From assembly GCA_900088475.1 (NCBI GenBank), contig FLMG01003780.1:1-64000 (forward strand): a stretch of 64,000 nucleotides of DNA. The letters run 5' to 3'. Each line of letters opens with the position of its first letter. The stretch's first letter is position 1. This document shows, one piece after another, positions 51,952-64,000 of the stretch. A model generated the notes under the pieces. The model searched no databases, was not told the DNA's origin, and saw nothing but the letters and a program-made list of their open reading frames with translations. Source of the stretch: Hyphochytrium catenoides. Taxonomy: Eukaryota; Protista; Hyphochytriomycota. The translations under genes were made by a program, and so were the position numbers.

Positions 51952-52532
51952 ATAGGCATTAAGTGAGCGAACATAATCTTATTGGCCAACGATGTCTTTA
52001 TTCTCTTTCTCTTACTGGGAGCACATTAATTGTGAGTATCCGACTCCATTCATAATTAAGGTAGATTGGCTTGTCCTCGTGTTGCAGAAAGCCTGCTACC
52101 CATCATTAATCTATCATGCCCCAATATATTGGCTCTTCTCTGCATTGAAGGGAGCTCCTCGTCTGCTGCTCCCCCATACAGTTAGCCTACTATGGGCAAA
52201 GAACCCAATGAAAATCTTGAACGAAGCTCTGTCTGCATCTTCGTCTGCATCTGAAACGGATCTCAAATCGTGAAATCATGCCATTTGTGAAACCTCAATA
52301 TACGGTTTGAAATGATATACTCTACTCCAGGGGAGGATTTGGAGGACCCGCTTTTGATGGCTCCAGGTCTTCACCGCTGGAGAAGCGACAACAAGGATTC
52401 TGATGCCAAAGCTTTGCCTGCGCTCGGGTGCTTCGCGATGGAAGATCTCAAGGCAAGCTCTTTGCAGAGACCTTGGAGGTTATTGTTAGCTGGTGCCGCC
52501 ATTGTAGCCATCTCCTTGCACGTGTAAGGACC

Positions 52533-54154
52533 ATGCTTGAGGCAGATAGTCTAGAGACCATGACAGGACATGATGATCAGATATGCTGGCGGTCGGAGGG
52601 GCAGATAGACGCCCTCGAGATCTGCGGAGGAGAGGGCTCGTTCTTAGCGATAGGATCTTCTAAACTCGATGGCAATACATGGGACGGCTTTCTTGCGCTT
52701 GCTGATGCTGAGAATTTTGAGATCCACGCCACTGCACACTGCTGGTGGGGTGGGGTGACCTCACTCACAGCCTGTGGGTCAGGCAAGGAGCTCATTGCAA
52801 GCGCCAGTGATAACGNNNNNNNNNNNNNNNNNNNNNNNNNNNNNNNNNNNNNNNNNNNNNNNGAGGATAGGAAGCTCCGCCAGGTCTCAAGCTACGGTGC
52901 ACATACAGATGTCGTGTCTTCTGTAGACTGTCATGCCAACCATAGAACCATCGCTTCAGGCAGCTGGGACTTAAGGTAAGAAGGATGCTCTCTCTATAGC
53001 TATAGCAGCCTATATCCCTTTTGCCTTGTCTTTATTGCCAAAACTTTCCACTGTCATTTGTGGCTAAGTGATCGATCACGATGTGTTCCTACTCTAGTAT
53101 AAAGCTCCACGACTTTGAGGCAGGAGATGGCAAGACTGTAAGACTGGAAGGTAAGACTTCTTCCGGAACCTTACCCTCACATGCTGCTGACCGGAGCCAT
53201 CGTGCCTTCCCAGGTCATACGGCAAGAGTGCACAGCCTCTGCTGGAACAAAGTTTCCCATAATATTCTGGCCTCGGTGGCAGCGGATCACAGCCTTCTTC
53301 TCTGGGATACGGCGCAGCGACGGCCGCAGCTCGTGCTCAAGCAGCTGGACTCTGCCCTCGCTGTTGATTGGCATCCTGAGCAAGAGCATGAGCTCTGTGT
53401 AGGTCAGTCGTTAGATAAGCTTTCTGCTTCAAAAAGCAGGCCAGTATATCTCTTGTTGCGTGTTCCAGCTCACCATCAGTCATGTTGGTCACATTAATTC
53501 TATGTGCTAGTATTCTCTTGCTTTTCCTTTAGATTGTACTTCATAGATGCTGAGATGCTTGTTCGACTCCAGGCAATGAGGCAGGTGAAGTGCTCCGCTT
53601 CGATCTTAGGAACCCCTCAGAAGAGCTTGCGATCGAGGTATGTCAACCAGCTCAGCACTTTATAAGCACTGGAACTCCATGTCCCGTTCATCAGCTCCCC
53701 TTCTTAGTATAGGTTGGATCTCTTTCTCTTCCTTCTCATGTCAGATTGGCTGTTGCTCTTAAGCAGGCTTCACCTTTTTGCATCTAATCAATGCTTTCTA
53801 CTGCTTCCACATGTCTACTACCCCCTGCCACGGATTGGTAGCGTCGGCACAGCGGCGCAGTCTTCGCGGTAAAATACTCTCCACAGCAGAAAGAAAAGGA
53901 GCCATTGATCGCCAGCGGCGGCGATGATGCTCTTGTCGCCCTCGTAGATGATCAAAGCAAGAGGTATGAGAAAGAAAGAACAGCAAAATCCATTATCTGT
54001 CGAAATAACTCCCAACCTGTCCTGCAGAATACAATGTCACGGCCACCGTGACTACGTGCGGGCGGTACTGTGGACCCTACCCTCGCCTGCGTCCTCTACT
54101 CGCGCTCTCCTCTCAGGATCCTGGGACTTTACAGTGCGACAATGGCAGATCTGA
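52533..54154 (+). CDS. WD40 repeat protein, most similar in motif to MEP50/WDR77 (PRMT5 cofactor)
   Basis: LAIGSSKLDGNTWDG (MEP50-like N-terminal motif); GAHTDVVSSV..IASGSWD; GHTARVHSLCW..LASVAADHSLLLWD; GHRDYVRAVLW..LLSGSWDFTVRQW. N gap 52816-52862 lies in the CDS. Confidence 0.75.
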
Positions 54155-54264
54155 GGCCCAATCAAGCTTCCACTGAGACAGAGAACAGACTGAAAGTGCA
54201 CAGATGTCGACAAACCGCCAAGATTTGATATATAAGTTATGCACACAAATAATGTGTGGCCTGT

Positions 54265-54629
54265 CTAATAGAAAACAGTCAGCGTCCGATGGTGAGCTCT
54301 CAGTTGTCCTTTCCGGTCGAGCTCCTCTCCTTGCTGCCAGAGCAGCCAATCAAGCTCTATAACACGCCAGTTGGCTCCTCGTTTCACTATGGCCTGGTGC
54401 AGCTGCTCTACGGCCTGGACAGTGGCGGCTCTAATCTCTATCTCTTCCTCCGAGCCCACGGCTATCTCTTCCTTAGTGTCAATCTTTTTCGCTATTTCAC
54501 TGGAGTATCTCAAAGCGCCCATTGCTTCCATCAGCTGAGGAACGCGGTAATCCGCTGCGATAAGCATGTGAGAGATATCTTTCCTATAGATAAGGAGCAA
54601 GCGGATAAATAGCGATACGATAACCGAAG

Positions 54630-54663
<34 letters not shown>

Positions 54664-55669
54664 TACGGCGCGCAGAAGTGGACGACGTGAGCCGAGTAAA
54701 TGCAGCATAGAGTTGGCCTTACCAAACATTGTTAGCTGGTCAATATCACGGAAGGCATAGGGATGCTGTCCGACTTGACGGCCGTAGGCAGCCCATACAT
54801 CTCCCACAAAGATCTGTGCTCGCTTGTAGAAGAAGATCTGGCGTCCTTTATAGACAGACTGGTCTCTGAACCCTAGCATGCCCTCCTTGAGTCAACCTTC
54901 AAGATATGTCATCGACGGATGAGCAAACAAATGTACCGGGAAAGTGGCAAGTCAAGAGGTCAACGAGTGCCACAGCGGAGCCTGCAGCTGCCTTTACAAG
55001 CTCTGCAGCTTGGCCTTGGAACGACTTGAGTAGCACTAGGCCAATCTAGAGACGTCGAAAGAGTAAGTAAACTTACGAAGCTATATCGTACTCATGACGA
55101 TGTACCTCTTGCACTTTGCGTACTCGCTCCTCTATCTGAGGCACCTGGAAGGGTTTGAACCACTGCTCCACCTCCGGAGCGGTGATCTCCGCAAGTCTCT
55201 TGGCATCTAGCGCTCTCTCATCAGCCTCCAAGGCTCGCTTGAGACCTTGCGCTAGATGTTCATATTGAAGGCTGGGCAAGAGAGGGGCAGCCGCTGTCAC
55301 ATCGCGAAGGTTTAACCCTAGTCACAGTAAGAGCTGCAACAACCTTACCCATCGGTGGGCCAGAAGCAGAAATTCAGTGCGTCTAGTACGAGGATGTACT
55401 GGCAAGTCAACGGGCCCGCATCCGCAGCATCCTTAGAGTAGTGCCAGTCGTTCGCATCCCAGGCCACCTGCTGGAAATCAAAGGTAGTGGAGGCCTACGG
55501 AAGGCAGAGAGATCATAACGTCAAACAGTATCTCGATGGTGTCGTAATAAGGCTGCCTCCGCACCATGTCCACCGCTAGCTTATCAATAGCAGCGGCGTC
55601 GATCGTCACGTGCCGCATCAGCTGGCAGACCTCCTGAGTGGTGACTCTAACTGCCTGAACGCTATTCAT
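54265..55669 (-). CDS. QNG1: Queuosine 5'-phosphate N-glycosylase/hydrolase (queuosine salvage, DUF2419/C9orf64)
   Basis: YILVLDALNFCFW; HFPG|FRD; FFYKRAQIFVGDVW; LTMF|ADYRVPQ; EIEIRA; LDWLLWQQG; HHRTLTVFY*. Confidence 0.95.
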
Positions 55670-56243
55670 CCTATCCCACTTCCTTCCGGCAGCCAAATGA
55701 GCGAAGATACCCAGTGCTAGAGCCTTAATAAATGCTAGACAAGCATTGAGCCTCCCGCTATACTCCTTATCAGTCTCTCTGCATCATACGCGAGGCTTAG
55801 CCGTGGGCAGGCTTGAGCTAAGCAGCAGGCAAACAACTCTTCAACATCACGAATTATTCTGATTCCTCTGTGATTCTCAAAGTTCTCATCACCAACCCCT
55901 CTTTCCCTAGCATGTAGCATGGGAATAGGTAATTTCAATAGCCGTTAGACAATAGCAATAACAGCTTTGAGAGCTCATTTAGGATTGTGAGAATAGTGAA
56001 TTCTCATACCTCTGTGGCGGGATTCTTCGTTACTTCAAAATCTCTGTCCAGAAAATTATTGCCATCGCCATAAAGATTGAGATTTGCCTTGCGCACAAGC
56101 AGAGGGTTTCGCACAGCTCTCTCTCTCTCTCTGGGTTGAGCCAGTCACTGCGATGTTCCCCCGCGGTCTCCGAGGGTCACTCTTCCGTTAACATTCTTTG
56201 ATTCATCGGCCGAGGTTGTGTATATCACTGTGAGCTCGTTGCG

Positions 56244-58112
56244 ATGACCCTCAGCAGAGGACAGATGATGATTCAGCTGCCAGAGACGAAAGCAGAGGCC
56301 CCTTACCTTGCTGCCGATGCTAAAGGATCTCCAAGTACAGCTTCAAGCTGTAAGAAGAATGAAGCAGCGGATAGTGAAGAGGTACCTGATGCCGTCCGGA
56401 CCCTGCTATCTCGATTTCAGGAGCTCGATAAAGGCGTCAGAGTACTCAGCAGGCGTCAGGTACCCACATTCTTCGCCCTACATGGATTCGTCAGCCGAAC
56501 CAGTAGCACGTAAGCACCTCCCACGCTACCTCGCCCTCTCGTTTGGCTCAGTAAGTCCTGGCCGTAACTACACAGAGACTTCAACAAGATACATCTACGG
56601 CAGATTCTCTATTTGTATCCCGAGGCATTCACTGTCGAGGTTCGTCCTATCAAAGCTGCTGTCGACCAGAAGGAACATCAGGGTGGCCAAGAGACTCTTA
56701 TAGTGAAGGTGCAAGCGCTCTGTCTCTCCTCAGAGAGCACAACGCTACTCTTGCTAACCTCAGCCGCGTCGTATAGGTTAAGGAAGATAAGGAGGCACTC
56801 ACAATCGCTGAGAGAGCCGACAAGTTCTTAAGCAGAGCCAGACAATGGTGGCGAGCTTACGCGAGCCAGACCCACTCCGCTTCATGCACCGATGACCTCT
56901 TCCCCCTGGTACCCTACTTCTAAAGCTAATGGAGCAGCTTTCCTTTGCCCTTGTTACTTATGCCCTAAACCTGTGGGATGGCCTCTTCACACTCCTGCAT
57001 TGACACGCAATTCTCACAGGCCACTCTACCAGAAAGAAGTGAGAGGAGTTTGAAGGCCGAGGACCTGCTCCTAAACGGGGATAATGGGGTCCTGAACCAG
57101 TTGGGAAAGAAACAAGAGGTAACAGGAGTCTTCTCTTGACTAGCCCCTGAAGCTTCATGAGGTTTTGCACCACCTCCGCACCTGGCTTCATCAGTCGTAT
57201 ATCTCCTCCAGCTTCTCTGCATCAATCTCTGCTCTTACGTATCTCCACAAACCCTCTGTTACTAGGGAGCTAGGTTAGAGGTGAAGCGGCCCAAGTCTAG
57301 CCTTCAGGATATCTCTGCTCGGGTAAGAAGATCCTCCTGTGACATCGACACTATTATCCAATTTCTAATCTGGTGGTGACGCCTCTGCCTATTTCGGCTC
57401 AACCTGTTGGCTCTTTCTGGCTATGCGCTCTTGTCCATACAGATTAGTAAGAAAAGGAAGGCACGTGAAGACCTGCAGCCTGCAATCGAGAAGTGCATCC
57501 AGCAGTCCAAGCTCACGGATCTTCCTCCCTTCTTCGATAGAGTGGCAGGGTACCGAGTCATCTACTATCTGTCTTAAGTACGCTACTTTTCTTTCTCATG
57601 TACCCGTTTAGGTTAAGCACTTGCTCTCTCACCTACGTAGCCAACTTCTGTTTGTCAATCTACCCGGTTCTCCAACTCTTAGGCTGAAGATGCTACTTTC
57701 CTTTGCACAGGCTGGTAAGACGAGAGAGAAGATGGAGTTTTCCCTTACAGCAGCTTGCGAGCAAGTTGGCTGCCACGTATACAACGCCTATCACCGAAGG
57801 TAACGTCACACGCTGATCACTATTTTTACCTTCACAGATCGGCTATTTGGTCCTCTTCCACTGGTCGTTGTTTATCAACCTGACTTCTCCTGACTTACTC
57901 TCTTCTTTGCGGATTTATCTACTCTCATCCACCTGACTTCTATAGAGGAACTCCAAGAACGATTGGCGCTGCTTGCGGAACATTCAGACGGCTGGTGCTG
58001 TCTCTCTGTGTCGAAAGTGGACCCTGTGCTGCAGCTATTTCAGATTGACAGTCACAAGGACCTAGCTCAGGCGCGACGAGCACTAAGCTTGGCAGCGGCC
58101 CAAGAGCACTAA
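56244..58112 (+). CDS. CDT1: DNA replication licensing factor Cdt1-like; multi-exon
   Basis: LLSRFQELDKGVRVLSRRQVPTF...FNKIHLRQILYLYPEAF (CDT1 geminin-binding winged helix); C-terminal EELQERLALLAEHSDGW (CDT1_C-like). Confidence 0.7.
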
Positions 58113-58129
58113 GCTTGGCAGCGGCCCAA
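58078..58129 (+). repeat. Perfect 26-bp tandem duplication spanning the CDT1 stop codon
   Basis: gagcactaagcttggcagcggcccaa twice (58078-58103, 58104-58129). Confidence 0.95.
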
Positions 58130-59414
58130 AAGACGTTGGGACAAAGAAAGCTCTTGGGAGACAGAAGCTAGAGCGCTGCCCAGCCTATTTATTCGTGGCT
58201 GTACACTATCAAATGGGTAGCATCGATGCAGGAAAACAGTAGGACGTAAGGGTTACAGCGGCGCCTAATATAAGGCGCTACTCTTCTTTTTGTCTTTCTG
58301 GGAATGACACTCGGGAGCTAAGGCAAGACTAATGTTCTATAGCAAAGTACATTCGGTACCTTCAAGGTGAACTCCTACTGAGAGATTCATCGAAAGAGAG
58401 TAAGGGTCTCCTTCTCACTCTAGGTGGGCTAACTATCAATATAATAGCATCACAACCAGGGACTCATCTTTCCCCTATCATTCACACTTTAGCTGCGGTG
58501 ATCATGAGCGCCACCCCGGATGATACTTCGAGACTGACCACCAGCTAGAAATGCCTGAATGGGAGCCCTATTGGCTTTACAGGTTTGATGTCATGTCCCT
58601 TTTCACCCCTTGTCTGAAGCCTTCCTAGTAGGCCCCTGTAAGGAGCCATATCAAGAAGAGACGAGGACCTGGGAGGAGACACGATAGAAAGGGAGAACGA
58701 AAAGATAAAGAAATGGATAAGCCAGACAGGGCAAAACCAAAGTCTACTTAGCGAGAAGACGCAGGGGGGCCTCACCACTCTCCTCCCTTCCCTCATCTGC
58801 CTGTTCGGTTTCCGGGCTTCCTTTACGGTCCCGTCAAGCAGCTAGAGTACACATCCGGCTAGACGTTAAAGTAAATGTGAGCCATTAGAATAATAGGTAA
58901 CCTAGTTGCTTCATAACAAAGCCGAAACAAAAACAACCTTAAGAAGGGACCAACATCAGCCGCTACTATGGTCTGCCGTCCGAAACGAGCCTGCTGCTGC
59001 TGCCACGCAGGGCATAAACTTGCTCTCCGCAGCATCTAGCGCAACAAGCAATAGGGGCCACATGCCAACAATCAGAAAGCGGATGCAGCGCGGCGTAACT
59101 TCTACTGACTGCTGGTGATGACTGCTTGATCTTCTCGTGGCCTGTTGAAGGTCTTCTTCCTCCTCTCTTTCCTCAATGCCATGTCTTCCAACGCTGGGCC
59201 GAACTATCGCACTTGGTGCGTAATTCTTATCAGCTGGGCACCGCCCCATTAGCTAGCCAAGAGCATTCAAATCCTCCAAGGAAAGAAGTAAGAGCTACTT
59301 CGAACAATGGGTATTGGCTGCAGCGACTAAAGGATTAGAGATACACGAAAGAGCCATGCTAGCTGACCTGGCTCACTCCCAGCTAGAGCCTTCTACATCA
59401 CAGCAGCTACCTTG

Positions 59415-61259
59415 CTATTCGGTATGCCTTTTGGTCACATGGCCTACAGGATACTGAACACGCTTCCCGAGGTATATGCGTGGTATGGCGAATAGGCACC
59501 ATAAGCCAAAAGCTGTCAAAGTCAGGAGACAAAGCACTGTCCCAGGTGCGATCTCACTCCTTGCCTTTAGATAAGAAAGGTCAAAGCTCTTCATCCCGCC
59601 TCCAGAGGCAGTTGGCAGTGCTGGATGACTTGCATTGTGCACTCTTAGGGTCATTGAGCTTCGACCTTCTTCGTTCATAATCCGTAGAGTGAGACTCGGC
59701 CTTGTACTATTTGCATCTCTGTCTGATTGCCAGTCGATATCCAGAATGCCGAAGTTCTTGCCCTCATAAACAGCTGAGGGAACTATTCTGTGTCCCTCAT
59801 ACTTGCGGAGTACCCACTGGCAGAGAGACGAGTACCAAGCGTCTCTGCAGGAGTGGCTTAACCCCGAACTTGTTACCTCAATCACTCGATGAGCAGCATC
59901 TACATCGCAGATGAGTGCATTCGCTTCCCTATAGCAAACTGGCGAAGAGCCTTCGGCATCGACTGTTTGTCCCCTCACACTAGCAGAGGATAGCTCTGCA
60001 AAGTGGACATCTCCACTAAGCAGTATCGGTGCTAGAGAGTGCAGAGTCAATATTCTCTTTGAGGCTCCACCTATCGCTTGCAAAGTCTTATCTACCTCTC
60101 TGAGCTGTCGCTACTAAGCTTAGCAGCCGCTGTAGACTCCATGGATAATGACTCCAGCTTTCCACCAGAGGATTTGAAGTCAACACCTGCCAGAGTAGCT
60201 ATTAGGACGTCTAGTCCTCCACCAATTATGGCGTTTGACGAGTTATCGACCACCTGGATGCTTGAGACTATGATTGTTACGGCAGCCTCAGGACTACGGA
60301 GCTGCGACTCCAGCCAGGTCCATTGCTCTTTACCAAGGATATCTCCAGAGTAGTCCACGTCTAAGCTCAGAGCGTCATCTATGAGTAAACTAGGACGATA
60401 GTCGTAACTTGTACCTAGCCCCATTATGGCACTGGCCGCCCTGAAGAAGGCACCAATGAAAGACCCGAACGGGAAATGTGCAGCAAAAACACCTGGCACC
60501 ACAGCAGGATCTCGGTCGAAGCGAGTGTCGAGGATAATCACCTTCACCTGCATGGGAGAGCTATCAGTCTTAGAGGCTGAAGGGTCCCAGACCGATCTGA
60601 GAGGTATACCTGTTCTGTAGGGTTATTACCATAGGTAACGCTCCAGTATGCTCCGCGTCGCTGACGGCGCTTTGAGTGCGGCGGAACGCCAATGAAGTCT
60701 AAGAAAAGCTTAAGACTCTGTTCTTTCCACCTAAACTCCTACTGACGGATTTGTCAAGAAAGTGTTAGGCTGCCTTCATCACCCATCATGTGCTCAGACA
60801 GTCAATAATCAATGAGGGGGGCAACGCGTACTTAAGGGCTCACCTTTCCCCCGTCGTTCCGACCATAGTCGTGGTCATCGTAAGTGCCGTCAACGATCAT
60901 CCCGCGAGTCTGGCCATCGGCTAGAAATGCCTGGTACCCGGCTCCGTGTAGCTGCTGGGAGTAGTCCGTAGCCATCCTCTCGGGATTGGGACTGCCACCA
61001 GACCTTAGCCAGGCAGCTAGCAGTCATGGCCCTGCATTGCTACTTACCTATCCGGGTATATTGCGTCTCCAAGCCACAGAAAGACGTCGGGTTTGGACGA
61101 GGCAATGTGAGGCCACAGAGGCTGGGGTAGCTTTTGATTGCTGCATGAGCCAAAGGTAATGCGGTTGAGAGTCTTCTCATGGTGCTCATCAGCAACGCTA
61201 GCAGAGATGGCACTCTCGTCGTGCAACATGGGACCATCATTGGCGATGACCCTTGCCAT
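59415..61259 (-). CDS. phoD: PhoD-like alkaline phosphatase D with a C-terminal hydrophobic segment; multi-exon, 5' end uncertain
   Basis: RITFGSCSNQ; PDVFLWLGDAIYPD; GTYDDHDYG.NDGG; ILDTRFDRD; ILGKEQWTWLE; IVSSIQ; LLSGDVHFAE; EVTSSGLSH; NFG; TM-like VLCLLTLTAFGLWCLF. Confidence 0.93.
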
Positions 61260-62407
61260 GGCCGTTTACTTGGCTCTAGCCACACAAATTGACTACTGTT
61301 TCTTACATACCGCCATCTTCGTTCGGCTACAAGTGCCTGACAGACGCCGATGGCCAAAGGACAAAAGCTTTTACAAGTACTATATTATGATAGGACGGTG
61401 TCACCTTCAAGCCCTTCCATCCCGCCTATCACCATAGACTAGCATCGGGCTCATGACAAATGCCGAAGATTATTGCCCCGCCAGATGCGGGCAGATTATT
61501 GAGATGTCAAGCTCTGAATGAGAGATTTCTGTCGAGATGCTTTTTATGAGAGGAGCACCATATATGACTGATAAATATAAATGTATGCCAAAATTCACAT
61601 ATCCAGGCCCAGACTATCAGGGATTCGCCCCCAACTTGAACCTCAATGATGTTACAATGTAGGAAGCTCATCTCTGTCAACAATCTGACGACTGAGTGGC
61701 CGAGGTACCAAGGTATCGCAAATTCAGTAATAATTAGCTCAATTTGGTTATTATGACGGTAAGGACGAGTGTTTTATTCGGAATAGAGTCTCTATTGATG
61801 AGTAGACAGTGGAGTTGCAGTCAACAATCTGCGCGGCATCAGCATGTGTGATGAGTGTTGGTTCTCACTCTGGACGGACCGCACCAGAACCGGCTGATTG
61901 TCAGTCAAGAAGTATTATGTTCTTCAGGGCTGGATCGTTAGTGGCTGCGTCTGATGGAGGTAGGTACTTCTCTTAGGGCTATCTTACCCACTGTCTCCTG
62001 ATGAGTAGAGCTCTGTCTCTGCTTCCTGGACAACGCTCATGAGAAGCAGATTGCAAGCCATGCTTTCCAACTGCCCTCCAAAGCTGAGACAAGTCTCTCT
62101 TCCCATTCCCTGCCTTCCTCACTTGTGCTGACACTTCCTTCTCATCAAGGCAGTTACCGATTGACCTTCTGAACCGCATCACGTAGAGCTGATATGAGGC
62201 CATATCAGCGGCAAAATAGGGGTCAACTCTTCCAGCCGTAGCTTTCAGCAGTCTCTTGTTATCCGTACATTCGGGCGGGACTCTAAGGTGACCTTGCTCT
62301 AGTCCCCGTATCTTCTCATCACCCACGCAACACACCTTATTGTGCCTTCTTGGGGCAAGACTCTCTTTAGCGGAGTTGTACAGAACCGGCGGGCCTTGCA
62401 GATTGTC

Positions 62408-63631
62408 ATGGGCACCAGGGAGCTTAGGATGGCCACTTTAAAAAGAGCTTTAAGCTGGGCCTGTTTGGCTTTGATTGCTTCATTCCAACTGCTTTCGATG
62501 CGCTGCCCATATGTGAGTGCTGATGGAGACCATAGCTCCCACTCCTCCGGGCCCACTCCATCCTCAAGCGCCATCTCACTTAGCTCTTCGGTTTGTGTTA
62601 CAACCCCATCAGATGCAGCATGCAAGACCTACACTTACCCCGATGCCGATGCAAGAGCGGATTTAGACAAGCTGTGCACTTCTATGCCCTTCATGATTGG
62701 ATGTAGCCTTCGGTCCCTGTGTGACGCTAAGTCAATTGTCTCTGAGAAGTACTGCGCACCCATCAGTCTGTTACAGACAATTTGCATTGAAGACACTGGC
62801 ATGAGCAGCATGCAAGGCTGTGCCAATGTCTCCTCTCTTTGTGGCTCTGGGGGTTCTGTCGTGGAGCAATGCAAGCAGAAGCCACCGATTCCCTCAGTTA
62901 TTGAATCATTTTCGACCACAAAGTTGGCCGTCAAGTCTTGCTCTCAGATGAACATGGACGGCTGCGACCTCTGTGTCTCTGAGAACAACTGCAAGGACCC
63001 CTTGATGGCCATGTCAAGACTTTGTCAGTCCATGTGGATGGATGAATGCCAGGAATGGAAAAGCATGTGCGACGCCCTGCCTGACAACGAAAGGCAGTCT
63101 TTAGCAGTCATCTGCGGCTCCTCTTCACCTAGCGAAGCCACACCTCTTATGCGGATGTACTTCCACACAGGCCTTGTGGACTACGTTCTCTTCAAAGGGT
63201 GGGTACCACGGACACCCGGTTACTATACCCTCACCGTCCTGGCTATCCTGCTCCTTGGAATACTCTCAACTCTCCTTCGTCTCTTTAGAAAGAATGCTGA
63301 GATGAAGTTTGCGATGAAAGACGCCAAAGATTCCGCCGAGGTCCATTCCCCTGCAGACAGAGGTGAAGCTGGGGTCGTCATAGTGAATGGCATGAAGCGC
63401 AAGGTACTATCACGGAAGACAATCCTCCTGCAAAACGCTGTCAGAGGCGCGTTCATGGCGGCCATAGTGACGGTGGACTACATGCTCATGCTGATTGCTA
63501 TGACCTTCAATGTCGGCCTGTTCATAGCTGTCGTGGTGGGCTTCAGTCTAGGCCAGCTCTTATTTGGGCACCTCCTGGTGGAGGAAAGGGTCGGCTCGCC
63601 CGGTGTGGCAGACCCAATGTGCTGCGGCTAG
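62408..63631 (+). CDS. CTR: CTR/COPT high-affinity copper transporter with signal peptide and Cys/Met-rich ectodomain; intronless
   Basis: MRMYFH..VLFKGW; TM1; YMLMLIAMTFN (MxxxM); GFSLG (GxxxG); C-terminal CC; repeats CTSMPFMIGC, GMSSMQGC, CSQMNMDGC, CQSMWMDEC. Confidence 0.93.
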   Translation: MGTRELRMATLKRALSWACLALIASFQLLSMRCPYVSADGDHSSHSSGPTPSSSAISLSSSVCVTTPSDAACKTYTYPDADARADLDKLCTSMPFMIGCSLRSLCDAKSIVSEKYCAPISLLQTICIEDTGMSSMQGCANVSSLCGSGGSVVEQCKQKPPIPSVIESFSTTKLAVKSCSQMNMDGCDLCVSENNCKDPLMAMSRLCQSMWMDECQEWKSMCDALPDNERQSLAVICGSSSPSEATPLMRMYFHTGLVDYVLFKGWVPRTPGYYTLTVLAILLLGILSTLLRLFRKNAEMKFAMKDAKDSAEVHSPADRGEAGVVIVNGMKRKVLSRKTILLQNAVRGAFMAAIVTVDYMLMLIAMTFNVGLFIAVVVGFSLGQLLFGHLLVEERVGSPGVADPMCCG

Positions 63632-64000
63632 GCAAGGATGACGAAGAGCAATAAAGTAGCTAGAGGAAGAGGTTACTAGGAGCCTCCTTGAGGCTTGACA
63701 CAAGGGATTGTGTCCTCACGTTTGTATTATGTGGTGTCACTTAGCTAGTCTTACTAGGCGCGTGGTATGGTCCTCTAAGGATCACGATCCTCTTCATATC
63801 CTCTCCTCCTTCCTAACCTAATAAACCACATAAGTTACTGAACTGACACTTGCTTGGACGCTTCCTCCGGTTACCTCTATGGAGGCAAGTGTGGGGCCGC
63901 GCGGTCCCTTACCCAGTGAGACCTAGACCTAAGGTGCTGTACAAGGAGGCAGCTGCTCTCTTAGAGTGCACTACTGGGAACAGTCTCCGTCCTCTCTTAC

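Noticed and set aside
61370-62400. GTAC copper-response cores upstream of CTR
   Set aside because: About four in 1 kb, which is what chance predicts for a 4-mer
1-64000. TAG reassigned to an amino acid (suggested by TAG abundance)
   Set aside because: QNG1 ends in TAG right after its conserved terminal TVFY, and the Aha1_N, VPS8 and CTR genes also end in TAG. No in-frame TAG was needed in any conserved exon
1-64000. tRNA, rRNA or snRNA genes
   Set aside because: No recognisable cloverleaf or conserved RNA motifs seen by eye; tRNAscan-SE or Infernal would be needed to exclude them

Overview
Eukaryotic, intron-containing, gene-dense nuclear DNA with standard genetic code and GT-AG introns. 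Gene content suggests a stramenopile or other protist/alga (inference only). About 15 protein-coding genes can be modelled by hand. On the minus strand, five co-oriented genes: RBBP6/Mpe1; an NRPS-like adenylation-carrier-ankyrin protein; an ARM-like protein; a Cdc37-motif/MYND/Aha1_N fusion; and a double B-box MAP kinase kinase. These are followed by an unknown gene, MRPL49, a PAM2/ERD15-like protein, a VOC/glyoxalase, VPS8, a WDR77/MEP50-like WD40 protein, QNG1 (queuosine salvage), CDT1, PhoD phosphatase and a Cys/Met-rich CTR copper transporter. Non-coding features are GA/CT microsatellites, a TACTCA(T) motif cluster at 375-653, stop-riddled regions that may be decayed elements, and five N gaps. 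The most notable items are three unusual domain fusions in the 10-26 kb block (A-T-ankyrin, Cdc37motif-MYND-Aha1_N, B-box-MKK) and an apparent CAG>TAG/CTG>CTA bias that may record CWG methylation. Splice models were checked manually for frame and need RNA-seq confirmation. No database searches were run.
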